Source: Tubulanus polymorphus (Eukaryota; Animalia; Nemertea). From it: a stretch of 64,000 nucleotides of DNA. Location: positions 3,620,175-3,684,174 of the forward strand of contig NC_134032.1 of the NCBI RefSeq assembly GCF_964204645.1, read 5' to 3'. The notes under the pieces are model-generated. The model did not search any database, was not told the DNA's origin, and was given only the letters and a program-made list of their open reading frames with translations. The position numbers and the translations under genes were made by a program. This document shows positions 61,878 to 64,000 of this stretch, piece after piece (positions within the stretch are counted from its first letter, which is position 1; every line of letters starts with the position of its first letter).

Positions 61878-62993
61878 ATGATGAAAAAAGAACAATATTT
61901 AAGAGAGTTATATTATAACCCAGAAAGTGAAGTTTCATATTCAAGTGTTTCGGAATTATGGGATAACATTAAATCTGATAAAGAAAATGGTGCCGTATGG
62001 CACCCACATGGTGACATAAAATATAGTGAATTAAAATCATGGTTACAAAATCAACCCACATATCAAATTCATAAAAAGATGGATAAAAAATATTTAACAA
62101 GAAAAGTAATGGTTTCATATATTGACCAACAATGGCAAGCTGATTTAATTGACATGAAAAACTTAGAAGAATATAACAAAGGATATTTCTGGATACTGAA
62201 TGTTATAGATATATTCAGTAGATACGCATGGTCAATTCCAATCAAAAATAAAACTGGTATAGAAGTAACAAATGCTTTCAAATTAATATTTAAAGAAGCT
62301 ATCCCAGATAAGATACAATTTGATGAAGGTAAAGAATTTTATAACAAACATTTCAAAAAACTATTATCTGATAACGATGTAGAATATTTTTCAACACATT
62401 CAGATAAAAAAGCATCAGTTATAGAAAGATTTAATAAAACATTGAAAACTAGAATGTGGAAATATTTTACCGCTAATGAAACATATAAATATATCGATGT
62501 GTTAGATGATTTAGTGAAAGGTTATAATAATTCTAAACATAGTTCTATAAATATGAAACCCATACAAGCTAGAAAAGAAGATAATTCGGAAATAGTTTGG
62601 AATAATTTATATGGAGCATTTGTTACACATGATTTTGGTGAACCTAAATTTAAAATAGGACAACACGTTAGAATTTCTAAATATAGAAAAACATTTTATA
62701 AAGGTTATACCCCTAATTTTACAGAAGAAATATTTAAAATTAAAAAGATAATATTAACTAAACCATTTGTTTATAAATTGTTTGATTTAAAAGATGAAGA
62801 AATATTAGGTTATTTTTATGAACAAGAATTATCATTAGTACCAAATCCAGATGAAATAGAATACAAAATAGAAAAGGTATTGAAAACAAAAACTCTTAAA
62901 GGAAAAAAGTATTCTTTGGTGAAATATAAAGGATATGATGATAAATTTAATGAATGGATTTTATCTAGTAAAATTAAAAGAATAAATGAATAA
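61878..62993 (+). CDS. Maverick/Polinton retroviral-like (rve) integrase with C-terminal chromodomain
   Basis: WQADLIDM, VIDIFSRYAW, QFDEGKEF, IERFNKTLK (D,D,E); chromodomain YKIEKVL...LVKYKGYDDKFNEWI. Confidence 0.95.
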   Translation: MMKKEQYLRELYYNPESEVSYSSVSELWDNIKSDKENGAVWHPHGDIKYSELKSWLQNQPTYQIHKKMDKKYLTRKVMVSYIDQQWQADLIDMKNLEEYNKGYFWILNVIDIFSRYAWSIPIKNKTGIEVTNAFKLIFKEAIPDKIQFDEGKEFYNKHFKKLLSDNDVEYFSTHSDKKASVIERFNKTLKTRMWKYFTANETYKYIDVLDDLVKGYNNSKHSSINMKPIQARKEDNSEIVWNNLYGAFVTHDFGEPKFKIGQHVRISKYRKTFYKGYTPNFTEEIFKIKKIILTKPFVYKLFDLKDEEILGYFYEQELSLVPNPDEIEYKIEKVLKTKTLKGKKYSLVKYKGYDDKFNEWILSSKIKRINE

Positions 62994-63597
62994 AGATTTA
63001 TTTATATTTGAACCACATAATATGTTAGTTACTGGAGTAACCAATTGTGGTAAAACACATTTCATATTAGACTTGTTAGAAACTATTTATAAGAATCATT
63101 TTGATAATATAATATTATTCTGTCCTACATATGAAATGAATAAAACGTATAATAGAGATATAGTTAAGATAAAAAAGTTTATTATATTAGACCCTAAAAC
63201 AGTAAAAGAAAATTTAGAAAATTGTATAAAAATTGCATTAGATATTTATAAAGGATCAAATACATTATTTATTATTGATGATTGCGCAAATTTACATGAT
63301 TCAAAAGTTATGGAAAGCGAGTTATGTTATTTAGCTTTCTCTGGTAGACATTTTGGGATAACAACTTGGGTTTTAAATCAGAAATATAATTCAATTGTGA
63401 AAGATTTTAGAGAGAATATAAGATTTCTAGTTTTATTTTATAACAAAGATAAAAAATCTATGCAACAATCATTGGAAGAAAATCAAATTATACCTACTGA
63501 ATTACATGATGAATATATGAATAAATTAAAAAATAATAAAGGTTCCAAATTACTTATGAGATTACAATTTCCATATGAATATAAATTTATAAAATAA
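62986..63597 (+). CDS. A32/FtsK-like genome packaging ATPase
   Basis: Walker A GVTNCGKT, Walker B FIIDD, SGRHFGIT...Q motif. Confidence 0.92.
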   Translation: MNKDLFIFEPHNMLVTGVTNCGKTHFILDLLETIYKNHFDNIILFCPTYEMNKTYNRDIVKIKKFIILDPKTVKENLENCIKIALDIYKGSNTLFIIDDCANLHDSKVMESELCYLAFSGRHFGITTWVLNQKYNSIVKDFRENIRFLVLFYNKDKKSMQQSLEENQIIPTELHDEYMNKLKNNKGSKLLMRLQFPYEYKFIK

Positions 63598-63634
63598 AAT
63601 CCTAATTCAGAATATTATAGAATTCACTGTATAT

Positions 63635-64000
63635 TGATGGATGAGTGGATGAATTGGATGAATTGGATGAATTGGAAGAGTGGATGAATGGAAGAGTGTA
63701 ATAATATATAATTTACATATGTTTTTTATTTTTAAAACAGTAAGAGTTTGATTTGAAGATGTCATATAATAATAAATATATTTTTATAAAATAATAAAAT
63801 GACAGATAATAAATGTCATATAATAATAAATATATTTTTATAAAATAATAAATAATAAAATGATAAATAATAAAATGATAAATAATAAATATATTTTTAT
63901 AAAATAATAAATAATAAAATGATAAATAATAAAATGATAAATAATAAATATATTTTTATAAAATAATAAATAATAAAATGATAAATAATAAAATGATAAA
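63635..64000. repeat. Tandem repeats (GATGAATTG-type, then AT-rich AATAATAAAATGATAA arrays)
   Basis: Direct inspection; runs to the window end. Confidence 0.9.

Larger units (their letters stand above)
54673..64000. mobile_element. Maverick/Polinton-like endogenous virus region (interrupted; extends beyond the window)
   Basis: AGTAGT candidate terminus at 54673 followed by CTTAAGA sub-repeats; very AT-rich, intronless, tightly packed ORFs including integrase and packaging ATPase. No pPolB or capsid gene in the window. Confidence 0.8.

Overview
AT-rich animal genomic DNA, probably from a marine invertebrate (the CAP-gene and receptor types suggest a lophotrochozoan). It is dominated by nested mobile elements. 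From left to right: (1) a spliced, highly divergent CAP/CRISP-like gene on the minus strand (~3869-9317), mostly missed by the ORF track, with a 5'-truncated LINE in one intron; (2) an 11.4-kb unit (9628-21052) with CAC... terminal inverted repeats and a CACA duplication, carrying a frameshifted Chapaev/RAG1-like transposase with an inserted PHD-like finger plus unexplained cargo; (3) two copies of a long-TIR non-autonomous element (21087-23042, 52187-54540); (4) a birth-and-death cluster of intronless rhodopsin-like GPCRs: two intact, one with a single in-frame stop, one internally deleted, and one pseudogene created by an inverted segmental duplication; (5) a near full-length CR1/L2-group LINE with an intact ORF2 and a zinc-knuckle + SGNH-esterase ORF1; (6) a decayed PIF1-like helicase next to a DUF3987/YfjI-like NTPase with no visible Helitron Rep; (7) a Maverick/Polinton-like endogenous virus (integrase-chromodomain, A32 packaging ATPase, HNH nuclease, small membrane proteins, a 427-bp palindrome) running off the right edge. 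All family calls come from reading motifs by eye; no searches were run.
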